Of a DNA stretch of 64,000 nt, positions 1 through 15,971 are shown in pieces. Both the position numbers and the translations under genes were made by a program. The notes under the pieces are model-generated. The model was not told the origin of the DNA, made no database searches, and saw only the letters and a list, made by a program, of their open reading frames with translations. The DNA is from Malacoraja senta (taxonomy: Eukaryota): NCBI GenBank assembly GCA_038087875.1, contig CM075991.1, forward strand, positions 1-64,000. The letters run 5' to 3'. Within the stretch, counting starts at the first letter, position 1. Every line of letters starts with the position of its first letter.

Positions 1-132
1 GACGACGAAGACGACGACGACGAAGACGACGACGACGACGAAGACGACGACGAAGACGACGACGACAAAGACGACGACGACGAAGAAGACGACGACGAAG
101 ACGACGACGACGAAGACGATGACGACGAAGAA

Positions 133-206
<74 letters not shown>

Positions 207-528
207 AGACGACGACGACGACGACGACGATGAAGACGACGACGACGAAGACGACGACGACGAAGAAGACGACGACGAAGAAGACGACGAAGAAGACGAC
301 GAAGACGACGACGTCGACGAAGAAGACGACGAAGAAGAAGACGACGACGAAGAAGACGACGACGAAGACGACGACGACGAAGACGACGACGACAAAGAAG
401 ACGACGACGAAGACGACGATGACGAAGACGACGAAGAAGACGACGACGACGAAGAGGACGATGACGAAGACGACGATGACGAAGACGACGAAGACGAAGA
501 GGACGATGACGAAGACGACGACGACGAA

Positions 529-561
<33 letters not shown>

Positions 562-585
562 AACGACGAAGACGACGACGACGAA

Positions 586-620
<35 letters not shown>

Positions 621-1274
621 AGACGACGACGACGAAGAAGACGACGACGAAGAAGACGACGAAGACGACGACGACGAAGACGACGACGACGAAGAAGACG
701 ATGAAGAAGAAGACGATGAAGATGACGACGACGAAGAAGACGACGACGAAGAAGACGACGAAGACGAAGACGAACACGACGACGACGACAAAGAAGACGA
801 CGAAGACGAAGACGAAGACGACGACGATGACGAAGAAGACGACGAAGACGAAGATGAAGACGAAGACGAAGTAGAAGAAGAAGAAGAAGACGAAGAAGAA
901 GAAGACGAAGAAGAAGAAGAAGAAGAAGAAGAAGAAGAAGAAGAAGAAGACGAAGAAGAAGACGACGAAGAAGATGAAGATGACGACGAAGAAGAAGACG
1001 AAGAAGACGACGAAGAAGACGAAGACGACGACGAAGAAGACGACGAAGAAGACAACAAAGAAGACGATGATGACGACGAAGAAGACGACGAAGTAGACGA
1101 TGACGACGAAGACGACGACGAAGACGACGACGACGAAGACGACGACGACGACGAAGACGACGACGAAGACGACGACGACAAAGACGACGACGACGAAGAA
1201 GACGACGACAAAGACGACGACGACGAAGACGACGACGAAGAAGACGACGACGACGACGATGACGACGACGACGA

Positions 1275-1309
<35 letters not shown>

Positions 1310-1858
1310 AAGAAGACGACGACGAAGACGACGAACGAAGAAGACGACGAAGACGACAACGACGAAGAAGACGACGACGAAGAAGACGACGACGAAGAAG
1401 ACGACGACGAAGAAGACGACGACGAAGAAGACGACGACGAAGAAGACGACGACGAAGAAGACGACGACGAAGAAGACGACGACGAAGAAGACGACGACGA
1501 AGAAAAGACGAAGAAGAAGACGACGACGAAGAAGACGACGACGAGGAAGAAGACGACGAAGAAGAAGATGACAAAGAAGACGACGACGAAGAAGAAGACG
1601 ACGAAGAAGAAGACGACGAAGAAGACGACGACGAAGAAGAAGACGAGGAAGAAGAAGACGACGAAGAAGACGACGACGAAGAAGAAGACGAAGAAGAAGA
1701 CGACGAAGAAGAAGACGACAAAGAAGACGACGAAGAAGAAGACGACGAAGAAGAAGACGACGAAGAAGATGACGGCGACGAAGACAACGACGACAAAGAC
1801 GACGACGACGAAGACGACGACGACGAAGACGACGACGACGACGAGGACGACGACGACG

Positions 1859-1904
<46 letters not shown>

Positions 1905-2915
1905 AGACGACGACGACGAAGACGACGACAACGAAGAAGACGACGACGAAGAAGACGACGAAGACGACAACGACGAAGAAGACGACGACGAAGAAGACGA
2001 CGACGAAGAAGACGACGACGAAGAAGACGACGACGAAGAAGACGACGACGAAGAAGACGACGAAGAAGACAACGAAGAAGACGATGATGACGACGAAGAA
2101 GACGACGAAGTAGACGACGACGACGAAGACGACGACGAAGACGACGACGATGAAGACGACGACGACGACGAAGACGACGACGAAGACGACGACGACAAAG
2201 ACGACGACGACGAAGAAGACGACGACAAAGACGACGACGACGAAGACGACGACGAAGAATACGACGACGACGACGACGACGACGAGGACGCCGCCGCCGA
2301 CGACGACGACAACGACGAAGAAGACGACGACGAAGACGACGAACGAAGAAGACGACGAAGACGACAACGACGAAGAAGACGACGACGAAGAAGACGACGA
2401 CGAAGAAGACGACGACGAAGAAGACGACGACGAAGAAGACGACGACGAAGAAGACGACGACGAAGAAGACGACGACGAAGAAGACGACGACGAAGAAGAC
2501 GACGACGAAGAAGACGACGAAGAAGAAGACGACGACGAAGAAGACGACGACGAGGAAGAAGACGACGAAGAAGAAGATGACAAAGAAGACGACGACGAAG
2601 AAGAAGACGACGAAGAAGAAGACGACGAAGAAGACGACGACGAAGAAGAAGACGAGGAAGAAGAAGACGACGAAGAAGACGACGACGAAGAAGAAGACGA
2701 CGAAGAAGAAGACGACGAAGAAGACGACGACGAAGAAGAAGACGACGAAGAAGAAGACGACGAAGAAGAAGACGACAAAGAAGACGACGAAGAAGAAGAC
2801 GACGAAGAAGAAGACGACGAAGAAGTCGACGGCGACGAAGACAACGACGACAAAGACGACGACGACGAAGACGACGACGACGAAGACGACGACGACGACG
2901 AGGACGACGACGACG

Positions 2916-2967
<52 letters not shown>

Positions 2968-3715
2968 AGACGACGACGACGAAGACGACGACAACGAAGA
3001 AGACGACGACGAAGAAGACGACGAAGACGACGACGACGAAGACGACGACGACGAAGAAGACGACGAAGAAGAAGACGACGAAGACGACGACGACGAAGAA
3101 GACGACGATGAAGAAGACGACGAAGACGAAGACGAATACGACGACGACGACGAAGAAGACGACGAAGATGACGACGACGAAGAAGACGACGAAGACGACG
3201 ACGACGAAGACGACGACGACGAAGAAGACGACGAAGAAGAAGACGACGAAGACGACGACGACGAAGAAGACGACGATGAAGAAGACGACGAAGACGAAGA
3301 CGAATACGACGACGACGACGAAGAAGACGACGAAGATGAAGATGAAGACGAAGACGAAGAAGAAGAAGAAGAAGAAGAAGAAGATGAAGAAGAAGAAGAA
3401 GAAGAAGAAGAAGAAGAAGAAGACGAAGAAGAAGACGACGAAGAAGACGAAGACGACGACGAAGAAGACGACGAAGAAGACGACGAAGAAGACGAAGACG
3501 ACGATGAAGAAGACGACGAAGAAGACGACGAAGAAGACGATGACGACGACGAAGAAGACGACGAAGAAGACGACGACGATGAAGACGACGACGAAGACGA
3601 CGACGACGAAGACGACGACGACGAAGACGACGACGAAGACGACGACGACAAAGACGACGACGACGAAGAAGACGACGACGAAGACGACGACGACGAAGAC
3701 GACGACGACGAAGAA

Positions 3716-3789
<74 letters not shown>

Positions 3790-4852
3790 AGACGACGACG
3801 ACGACGACGACGATGAAGACGACGACGACGAAGACGACGACGACGAAGAAGACGACGACGAAGAAGACGACGAAGAAGACGACGAAGACGACGACGACGA
3901 CGAAGAAGACGACGAAGAAGAACACGACGAAGACGACGACGATGAAGAAGACGACAAAGAAGAAGACGATGAAGATGACGACGACGAAGAAGACGACGAA
4001 GACGAAGACGAAGACGACGACGACGACGAAGAAGACGACGAAGACGAAGACGAAGACGACGACGACGACGAAGAAGACGACGAAGACGAAGATGAAGATG
4101 AAGACGAAGAAGAAGAAGAAGAAGAAGACGAAGAAGAAGAAGAAGAAGAAGAAGAAGAAGAAGAAGACGAAGAAGAAGAAGAAGAAAAAGAAGAAGAAGA
4201 AGACGAAGCAGAAGACGACGAAGAAGACGAAGACGACGACGAAGAAGACAACGAAGAAGACGACGAAGAAGACGAAGACGACGACGAAGAAGACGACGAA
4301 GAAGACGACGAAGAAGACGAAGACGACGACGAAGAAGACGACGAAGAAGACGACGACGACGAAGACGACGACGAAGACGACGACGATGAAGACGAGGACG
4401 ACGACGAAGACGATGACGAAGACGACGACGACGAAGACGACGACGACGAAGAAGACGACGATGAAGACGACGACGACGAAGACGACGTCGACGAAGACGA
4501 CGACGACGAAGAAGACGACGACGAAGACGACGACGACGAAGACGACGACAACGAAGAAGACGACGACGAAGATGATGATAACGAAGACGACGACGATGAA
4601 GAAGACGACGACGAAGATGATGACGACGAAGACGACGAAGACGAAGAAGACGACGAAGACGATGACGACGAAGACGACGACGACGAAGACGACGACGACG
4701 AAGAAGACGACGACGAAGACGACGACGACGAAGAAGACGACGACGAAGACGACGACGACGAAGACGACGACGACAAAGAAGACGACGACGAAGACGACGA
4801 CGACGAGGACGACGACGACGAAGACGACGACGACGAAGAGGACGACGACGAA

Positions 4853-4887
<35 letters not shown>

Positions 4888-5000
4888 AGACGACGGCGAC
4901 GAAGACGACGAAGAAGACGACGACGAAGAAGACGACGACGAAGACGACGACGACGAAGACGACGACGACGAAGAAGACGACGACGACGACGACGCGACGA

Positions 5001-5039
<39 letters not shown>

Positions 5040-5248
5040 AGAAGACGACGAAGAAGACGACGACGAAGAAGAAGACGACGAAGAAGAAGACGACGAAGAA
5101 GAAGACGACAAAGAAGACGACGAAGAAGAAGACGACGAAGAAGAAGACGACGAAGAAGACGACGGCGACGAAGACAACGACGACAAAGACGACGACGACG
5201 AAGACGACGACGACGAAGACGACGACGACGACGAGGACGACGACGACG

Positions 5249-5297
<49 letters not shown>

Positions 5298-5864
5298 AGA
5301 CGACGACGACGAAGACGACGACAACGAAGAAGACGACGACGAAGAAGACGACGAAGACGACGACGACAAAGACGACGACGACGAAGAAGACGACGAAGAA
5401 GAAGACGACGAAGACGACGACGACGAAGAAGACGACGATGAAGAAGACGACGAAGACGAAGATGAAGACGACGACGACGACGAAGAAGACGACGAAGATG
5501 AAGATGAAGACGAAGACGAAGAAGAAGAAGAAGAAGAAGACGAAGAAGAAGACGACGAAGAAGACGAAGACGACGACGAAGAAGACGACGAAGAAGACGA
5601 CGAAGAAGACAAAGACGACGATGAAGAAGACGACGAAGAAGACGACGAAGAAGACGATGACGACGACGAAGAAGACGACGAAGAAGACGACGACGATGAA
5701 GACGACGACGAAGACGACGACGACGAAGACGATGACGACGACGAAGATGACGACGAAGACGACGACGACAAAGACGACGACGACGAAGAAGACGACGACG
5801 AAGACGACGACGACGAAGACGACGACGACGAAGAAGACGACGACGACGACGACGACGATGACGA

Positions 5865-5903
<39 letters not shown>

Positions 5904-6945
5904 TGAAGACGACGACGACGATGACGACGATGAAGACGACGACGACGAAGACGACGACGACGAAGAAGACGACGACGAAGAAGACGACGAAGAAGACGAC
6001 GAAGACGACGACGACGACGAAGAAAACGACGAAGAAGAAGACGACGAAGACGACGACGATGAAGAAGACGACAAAGAAGAAGACGATGAAGACGACGATG
6101 ACGACGAAGAAGACGACGAAGACGAAGACGAAGACGACGACGACGACGAAGAAGACGACGAAGACGAAGACGAAGACGACGACGACGACGAAGAAGACGA
6201 CGAAGACGAAGATGAAGATGAAGACGAAGAAGAAGAAGAAGAAGAAGACGAAGAAGAAGAAGAAGAAGAAGAAGAAGAAGAAGAAGAACACAAAGAAGAA
6301 GAAGAAGAAGAAGAAGAAGAAGACGAAGCAGAAGACGATGAAGAAGACGAAGACGACGAAGAAGACGAAGACGACGACGAAGAAGACGACGAAGAAGACG
6401 ACGAAGAAGACGAAGACGACGACGAAGAAGACGACGAAGAAGACGACGACGACGAAGACAACGACGAAGACGATGACGACGAAGACGACGACGACGACGA
6501 AGACGACGACGAAGACGACGACGACGAAGACGACGACGACGAAGAAGACGACGATGAAGACGACGACGACGAAGACGACGTCGACGAAGACGACGACGAC
6601 GAAGAAGACGACGACGAAGACGACGACGACGAAGACGACGACAACGAAGAAGACGATGACGAAGATGATGATGACGAAGACGACGACGATGAAGAAGACG
6701 ACGACGAAGATGATGACGACGAAGACGACGAAGACGAAGAAGACGACGAAGACGATGACGACGAAGACGACGACGACGAAGACGACGACGACGAAGAAGC
6801 CGACGACGAAGACGACGACGACGAAGAAGACGACGACGAAGACGACGACGACGAAGACGACGACGACAAAGAAGACGACGACGAAGACGACGACGACGAG
6901 GAGGACGACGACGAAGACGACGACGACGAAGAGGACGACGACGAA

Positions 6946-6983
<38 letters not shown>

Positions 6984-7094
6984 AGACGACGACGACGAAG
7001 ACGACGAAGAAGACGACGACGAAGAAGACGACGACGAAGACGACGACGACGAAGACGACGACGACGAAGAAGACGACGACGACGACGACGACGA

Positions 7095-7142
<48 letters not shown>

Positions 7143-7599
7143 AGACGACGACGACGACGACGACGACGAAGACGACGACGACGACGACGACGACGAAGAC
7201 GACGACGACGAAGACGACGACGACGAAGAAGACGACGACGAAGAAGACGACGAAGAAGACGACGAAGACGACGACGACGACGAAGAAGACGACGAAGAAG
7301 AAGACGACGAAGACGACGACGATGAAGAAGACGACAAAGAGAAGACGATGAAGACGACGACGACGACGAAGAAGACGACGAAGATGAAGACGAAGACGAC
7401 GACGACGACGAAGAAGACGACGAAGACGAAGACGAAGACGACGACGACGACGAAAAAGACGACGAAGACGAAGATGAAGATGAAGACGAAGAAGAAGAAG
7501 AAGAAGAAGACGAAAGAAGAAAGAAGAAGAAGAAGAAGAAGAAGAAGAAGAAGACGAAGAAGAAGAAGAAGAAGAAGAAGAAGAAGAGAAGACGAAGCA

Positions 7600-8241
7600 G
7601 ACGAAGACGAAGAAGACGAAGACGACGACGAAGAAGACGACGAAGAAGACGACGAAGAAGACGAAGACGACGACGAAGAAGACGACGAAGAAGACGACGA
7701 AGAAGACGAAGACGACGACGAAGAAGACGACGAAGAAGACGACGACGACGAAGACGACGACGAAGACGACGACGACGAAGACGACGACGACGATGAAGAC
7801 GACGACGAAGACGACGACGACGAAGACGACGACGACGAAGAAGACGAGGATGAAGACGACGACGATGAAGACGACGTCGACGAAGACGACGACGACGAAG
7901 AAGACGACGACAAAGACGACGACGACGAAGACGACGACAACGAAGAAGACGACGACGAAGATGATGATGACGAAGACGACGACGATGAAGAAGACGACGA
8001 CGAAGATGATGACGACGAAGACGACGAAGACGAAGAAGACGACGAAGACGATGACGACGAAGACGACGACGACGAAGACGACGACGACGAAGAAGACGAC
8101 GACGAAGACGACGACGACGAAGAAGACGACGACGAAGATGACGACGACGAAGACGACGACGACAAAGAAGACGACGACGAAGACGACGACGACGAGGACG
8201 GCGACGACGAAGACGACGACGACGAAGAGGACGACGACGAA

Positions 8242-8279
<38 letters not shown>

Positions 8280-8547
8280 AGACGACGACGACGAAGACGA
8301 CGAAGACGAAGAAGACGACAAAGACGATGACGACGAAGACGACGAAGATGAAGAAGACAACGACGAAGACGACGCCGACGAAGAAGACGACGATGAAGAC
8401 GATGACGACGAAGACGACGACGACAAAGAAGACGACGACGAAGACGACGACGACGAGGACGACGACGATGAAGACGACGATGACGAAGAGGACGACGATG
8501 AAGACGACGACGACGAAGACGACGACGACGAAGAGGACGACGACGAA

Positions 8548-8594
<47 letters not shown>

Positions 8595-9124
8595 AGATGA
8601 CGATGACGAAGACGACAACGACAACGACGACGACGACGACGATGACGACGAAGACGACGACGACGAAGAAGACGACGACGAAGAAGACGACGAAGACGAC
8701 GACGACGAAGACGACGACAATGAAGAAGACGACGAAGAAGAAGACGACGAAGACAACGACGACGAAGAAGACGACGATGAAGAAGACGATGAAGACGAAG
8801 ACGAAGACAACGACGATGACGAAAGAAGACGACGAAGACAAAGATGAAGACGACGACGACGACGAAGAAGACGACGAAGACGAAGATGAGGACGAAGACG
8901 AAGAAGAAGAAGAAGAAGAAGACGAAGAAGAAGAAGAAGAAGAAGAAGAAGAAGAAGATGACGAAGAAGAAGAAGAAGAAGAAGAAGAAGAAGAAGAAGA
9001 CAACGAAGACGACGACGACGAAGACGACGACGACGACGACGACGAAGACGACGACGACAAAGACGACGACGACGAAGAAGACGACGACGAAGACGACGAC
9101 AACGAAGACGACGACGACGAAGAA

Positions 9125-9161
<37 letters not shown>

Positions 9162-10044
9162 CCGACGACGCCGACGACGACGACGCGACGAAGACGACGA
9201 ACGAAGAAGACGACGATGACGACGATGACGACGACGACGACGACGACGACGACGAAGGCGACGACGACGACGACGACGACGAAGACGACGACGACGAAGA
9301 CGACGACGACGAAGAAGACGACGACGAAGAGGACGACGAAGAAGACGACGAAGACGACGACGACGACGAAGAAGACGACGAAGAAGAAGACGACGAAGAC
9401 GACGACGATGAAGAAGACGACAAAGAAGAAGACGATGAAGACGACGACGACGACGAAGAAGACGATGAAGACGAAGACGAAGACGACGACGACGACGAAG
9501 AAGACGACGAAGACAAAGACGAAGACGACGACGACGATGAAGAAGACGACGAAGACGAAGATGAAGACGAAGACGAAGAAGAAGAAGAAGAAGAAGACGA
9601 AGAAGAAGAAGAAGAAGAAGAAGAAGAAGAAGACGAAGAAGAAGAAGAAGAAGAAGAAGAAGAAGACGAAGCAGAAGACGACGAAGAAGACGAAGACGAC
9701 GACGAAGAAGACGACGAAGAAGACGACGAAGAAGACGAAGACGACGACGAAGAAGACGACAAAGACGACGAAGAAGACGAAGACGACGATGAAGAAGACG
9801 ACGAAGAAGACGACGACGACGAAGACGACGACGAAGACGATGACGACGAAGACGACGACGACGACGAAGACGACGACGAAGACGACGACGACGAAGACGA
9901 CGACGAAGAAGACGACGACGAAGACGACGACGACGAAGAAGATGACGACGAAGACGACGACGACGAAGACGACGACGACGAAGAAGACGACGACGAAGAT
10001 GATGATGACGAAGACGACGATGACGAAGAAGACGACGACGAAGA

Positions 10045-10092
<48 letters not shown>

Positions 10093-10111
10093 AGATGACG
10101 ATGACGAAGAC

Positions 10112-10146
<35 letters not shown>

Positions 10147-12468
10147 AGACGACGATGACGAAGAAGACGACGACGAAGAAGACGACGAAGACGACGACGA
10201 CGAAGACGACGACAATGAAGAAGAGACGACGAAGAAGACGACGAAGACAACGACGACGAAGAAGACGACGACGAAGAAGACGATGAAGACGAAGACGAAG
10301 ACAACGACGATGACGAAGAAGACGACGAAGACAAAGATGAAGACGACGACGACGACGAAGAAGACGACGAAGACGAAGATGAGGACGAAGATGAAGAAAG
10401 AAGAAGAAGAAGAAGACGAAGAAGAAGAAGAAGAAGAAGAAGAAGAAGAAGAAGATGACGAAGAAGAAGAAGAAGAAGAAGAAGAAGAAGAAGAAGAAGA
10501 CAACGAAGACGACGACGACGAAGACGACGACGACGACGACGAAGACGACGACGACAAAGACGACGACGACGAAGAAGACGACGACGAAGACGACGACAAC
10601 GAAGACGACGACGACGAAGAAGACGACGACGACGACGACAACGACGACGACGACGACGATGACGCCGACGACGCCGACGCCGACGACGACGACGCGACGA
10701 AGACGACGAACGAAGAAGACGACGATGACGACGATGACGACGACGACGACGACGACGACGACGAAGGCGACGACGACGACGACGACGACGAAGACGACAA
10801 CGACGAAGACGACGACGACGAAGAAGACGACGACGAAGAGGACGACGAAGAAGACGACGAAGACGACGACGACGACGAAGAAGACGACGAAGAAGAAGAC
10901 GACGAAGACGACGACGATGAAGAAGATGACAAAGAAGAAGACGATGAAGACGACGACGACGACGAAGAAGACGATGAAGACGAAGACGAAGACGACGACT
11001 ACGACGAAGAAGACGACGAAGACGAAGACGAAGACGACGACGACGATGAAGAAGACGACGAAGACGAAGATGAAGACGAAGACGAAGAAGAAGAAGAAGA
11101 AGAAGAAGACGAAGAAGAAGAAGAAGAAGAAGAAGAAGAAGAAGAAAGACGAAGAAGAAGAAGAAGAAGAAGAAGAAGAAGAAGACGAAGCAGAAGACGA
11201 CGAAGAAGACGAAGATGACGACGAAGAAGACGACGAAGAAGACGACGAAGAAGACGAAGACAACGACGAAGAAGACGACAAAGACGACGAAGAAGACGAA
11301 GACGACGATGAAGAAGACGACGAAGAAGACGACGACGACGAAGACGACGACGAAGACGATGACGACGAAGACGACGACGACGACGAAGACGACGACGAAG
11401 ACGACGACGACGAAGACGACGACGACGAAGAAGACGACGACGACGAAGACGACGACGATGAAGAAGACGACGACGAAGAGGACGACGAAGAAGACGACGA
11501 AGACGACGACGACGACGAAGAAGACGACGAAGAAGAAGACGACGAAGACGACGACAATGAAGAAGACGACAAAGAAGAAGACGATGAAGACGACGACGAC
11601 GACGAAGAAGACGATGAAGACGAAGACGAAGACGATGACGACGACGAAGAAGACAACGAAGACGAAGACGACGACGACGATGAAGAAGACGACGAAGACA
11701 AGATGAAGACGAAGACGAAGAAGAAGAAGAAGAAGACGAAGAAGAAGAAGAAGAAGAAGAAGAAGAAGAAGAAGAAGAAGAAGAAGACGAAGAAGAAGAA
11801 GAAGAAGAAGAAGAAGAGAAGAAGAGCAGACGACGACGAAGATGAAGACGACGACGAAGAAGACGACGAAGAAGACGACGAAGAAGACGAAGACGACGAC
11901 GAAGAAGACGACGAAGAAGACGACGAAGAAGACGAAGACGACGACGAAGAAGACGACGAAGGAAGACGACGACGACGAAGACGACGACGAAGACGACGAC
12001 GACGAAGACGACGACGACGATGAAGACGACGACGAAGACGACGACGACGAAGACGACGACGACGAAGAAGACGAGGATGAAGACGACGACGATGAAGACG
12101 ACGTCGACGAAGACGACGACGACGAAGAAGACGACGACAAAGACGACGACGACGAAGACGACGACAACGAAGAAGACGACGACGAAGATGATGATGACGA
12201 AGACGACGACGATGAAGAAGACGACGACGAAGATGATGACGACGAAGACGACGAAGACGAAGAAGACGACGAAGACGATGACGACGAAGACGACGACGAC
12301 GAAGACGACGACGACGAAGAAGACGACGACGAAGACGACGACGACGAAGAAGACGACGACGAAGATGACGACGACGAAGACGACGACGACAAAGAAGACG
12401 ACGACGAAGACGACGACGACGAGGACGGCGACGACGAAGACGACGAAGACGAAGAGGACGACGACGAA

Positions 12469-12506
<38 letters not shown>

Positions 12507-12773
12507 AGACGACGACGACGAAGACGACGAAGACGAAGAAGACGACAAAGACGATGACGACGAAGACGACGAAGATGAAGAAGACAACGACGAAGACGAC
12601 GCCGACGAAGAAGACGACGATGAAGACGACGACGACGAAGACGACGACGACAAAGAAGACGACGACGAAGACGACGACGACGAGGACGACGACGATGAAG
12701 AGACGATGACGAAGAGGACGACGATGAAGACGACGACGACGAAGACGACGACGACGAAGAGGACGACGACGAA

Positions 12774-12817
<44 letters not shown>

Positions 12818-12839
12818 AGATGACGATGACGAAGACGAC

Positions 12840-12871
<32 letters not shown>

Positions 12872-13334
12872 CGAAGACGACGACGACGAAGAAGACGACG
12901 ACGAAGAAGACGACGAAGACGACGACGACGAAGACGACGACAATGAAGAAGACGACGAAGAAGAAGACGACGAAGACAACGACGACGAAGAAGACGACGA
13001 TGAAGAAGACGATGAAGACGAAGACGAAGACAACGACGATGACGAAGAAGACGACGAAGACAAAGATGAAGACGACGACGACGACGAAGAAGACGACGAA
13101 GACGAAGATGAGGACGAAGACGAAGAAGAAGAAGAAGAAGACGAAGAAGAAGAAGAAGAAGAAGAAGAAGAAGAAGAAGATGACGAAGAAGAAGAAGAAG
13201 AAGAAGAAGACAACGAAGACGACGACGACGAAGACGACGACGACGACGACGACGAAGACGACGACGACAAAGACGACGACGACGAAGAAGACGACGACGA
13301 AGACGACGACAACGAAGACGACGACGACGAAGAA

Positions 13335-13371
<37 letters not shown>

Positions 13372-14254
13372 CCGACGACGCCGACGACGACGACGCGACG
13401 AAGACGACGAACGAAGAAGACGACGATGACGACGATGACGACGACGACGACGACGACGACGACGAAGGCGACGATGACGACGACGACGACGAAGACGACG
13501 ACGACGAAGACGACGACGACGAAGAAGACGACGACGAAGAGGACGACGAAGAAGACGACGAAGACGACGACGACGACGAAGAAGACGACGAAGAAGAAGA
13601 CGACGAAGACGACGACGATGAAGAAGACGACAAAGAAGAAGACGATGAAGACGACGACGACGACGAAGAAGACGATGAAGACGAAGACGAAGACGACGAC
13701 GACGACGAAGAAGACGACGAAGACAAAGACGAAGACGACGACGACGATGAAGAAGACGACGAAGACGAAGATGAAGACGAAGACGAAGAAGAAGAAGAAG
13801 AAGAAGACGAAGAAGAAGAAGAAGAAGAAGAAGAAGAAGAAGACGAAGAAGAAGAAGAAGAAGAAGAAGAAGACGAAGCAGAAGACGACGAAGAAGACGA
13901 AGACGACGACGAAGAAGACGACGAAGAAGACGACGAAGAAGACGAAGACGACGACGAAGAAGACGACAAAGACGACGAAGAAGACGAAGACGACGATGAA
14001 GAAGACGACGAAGAAGACGACGACGACGAAGACGACGACGAAGACGATGACGACGAAGACGACGACGACGACGAAGACGACGACGAAGACGACGACGACG
14101 AAGACGACGACGACGAAGAAGACGACGACGAAGACGACGACGACGAAGAAGATGACGACGAAGACGACGACGACGAAGACGACGACGACGAAGAAGACGA
14201 CGACGAAGATGATGATGACGAAGACGACGATGACGAAGAAGACGACGACGAAGA

Positions 14255-14305
<51 letters not shown>

Positions 14306-14327
14306 AGATGACGATGACGAAGACGAC

Positions 14328-14359
<32 letters not shown>

Positions 14360-15869
14360 AGACGACGATGACGAAGAAGACGACGACGAAGAAGACGACG
14401 AAGACGACGACGACGAAGACGACGACAATGAAGAAGACGACGAAGAAGAAGACGACGAAGACAACGACGACGAAGAAGACGACGACGAAGAAGACGATGA
14501 AGACGAAGACGAAGACAACGACGATGACGAAGAAGACGACGAAGACAAAGATGAAGACGACGACGACGACGAAGAAGACGACGAAGACGAAGATGAGGAC
14601 GAAGATGAAGAAGAAGAAGAGAAGAAGAAGACAGAAGAAGAAGAAGAAGAGAGAAGAAGAAGAAGAAGATGACGAAGAAGAAGAAGAAGAAGAAGAAGAA
14701 GAAGAAGAAGACAACGAAGACGACGACGACGAAGACGACGACGACGACGACGAAGACGACGACGACAAAGACGACGACGACGAAGAAGACGACGACGAAG
14801 ACGACGACAACGAAGACGACGACGACGAAGAAGACGACGACGACGACGACAACGACGACGACGACGACGATGACGCCGACGACGCCGACGCCGACGACGA
14901 CGACGCGACGAAGACGACGAACGAAGAAGACGACGATGACGACGATGACGACGACGACGACGACGACGACGACGAAGGCGACGACGACGACGACGACGAC
15001 GAAGACGACAACGACGAAGACGACGACGACGAAGAAGACGACGACGAAGAGGACGACGAAGAAGACGACGAAGACGACGACGACGACGAAGAAGACGACG
15101 AAGAAGAAGACGACGAAGACGACGACGATGAAGAAGATGACAAAGAAGAAGACGATGAAGACGACGACGACGACGAAGAAGACGATGAAGACGAAGACGA
15201 AGACGACGACTACGACGAAGAAGACGACGAAGACGAAGACGAAGACGACGACGACGATGAAGAAGACGACGAAGACGAAGATGAAGACGAAGACGAAGAA
15301 GAAGAAGAAGAAGAAGAAGACGAAGAAGAAGAAGAAGAAGAAGAAGAAGAAGAAGAAGAAGACGAAGAAGAAGAAGAAGAAGAAGAAGAAGAAGAAGACG
15401 AAGCAGAAGACGACGAAGAAGACGAAGATGACGACGAAGAAGACGACGAAGAAGACGACGAAGAAGACGAAGACAACGACGAAGAAGACGACAAAGACGA
15501 CGAAGAAGACGAAGACGACGATGAAGAAGACGACGAAGAAGACGACGACGACGAAGACGACGACGAAGACGATGACGACGAAGACGACGACGACGACGAA
15601 GACGACGACGAAGACGACGACGACAAAGACGACGACGACGAAGAAGACGACGACGACGAAGACGACGACGACGAAGAAGACGACGACGAAGAGGACGACG
15701 AAGAAGACGACGAAGACGACGACGACGACGAAGAAGACGACGACGAAGACGACGACGACGAAGAAGATGACGACGAAGACGACGACGACGAAGACGACGA
15801 CGACGAAGAAGACGACGACGAAGATGATGATGACGAAGACGACGATGACGAAGAAGACGACGACGAAGA

Positions 15870-15917
<48 letters not shown>

Positions 15918-15936
15918 AGATGACGATGACGAAGAC

Positions 15937-15971
<35 letters not shown>
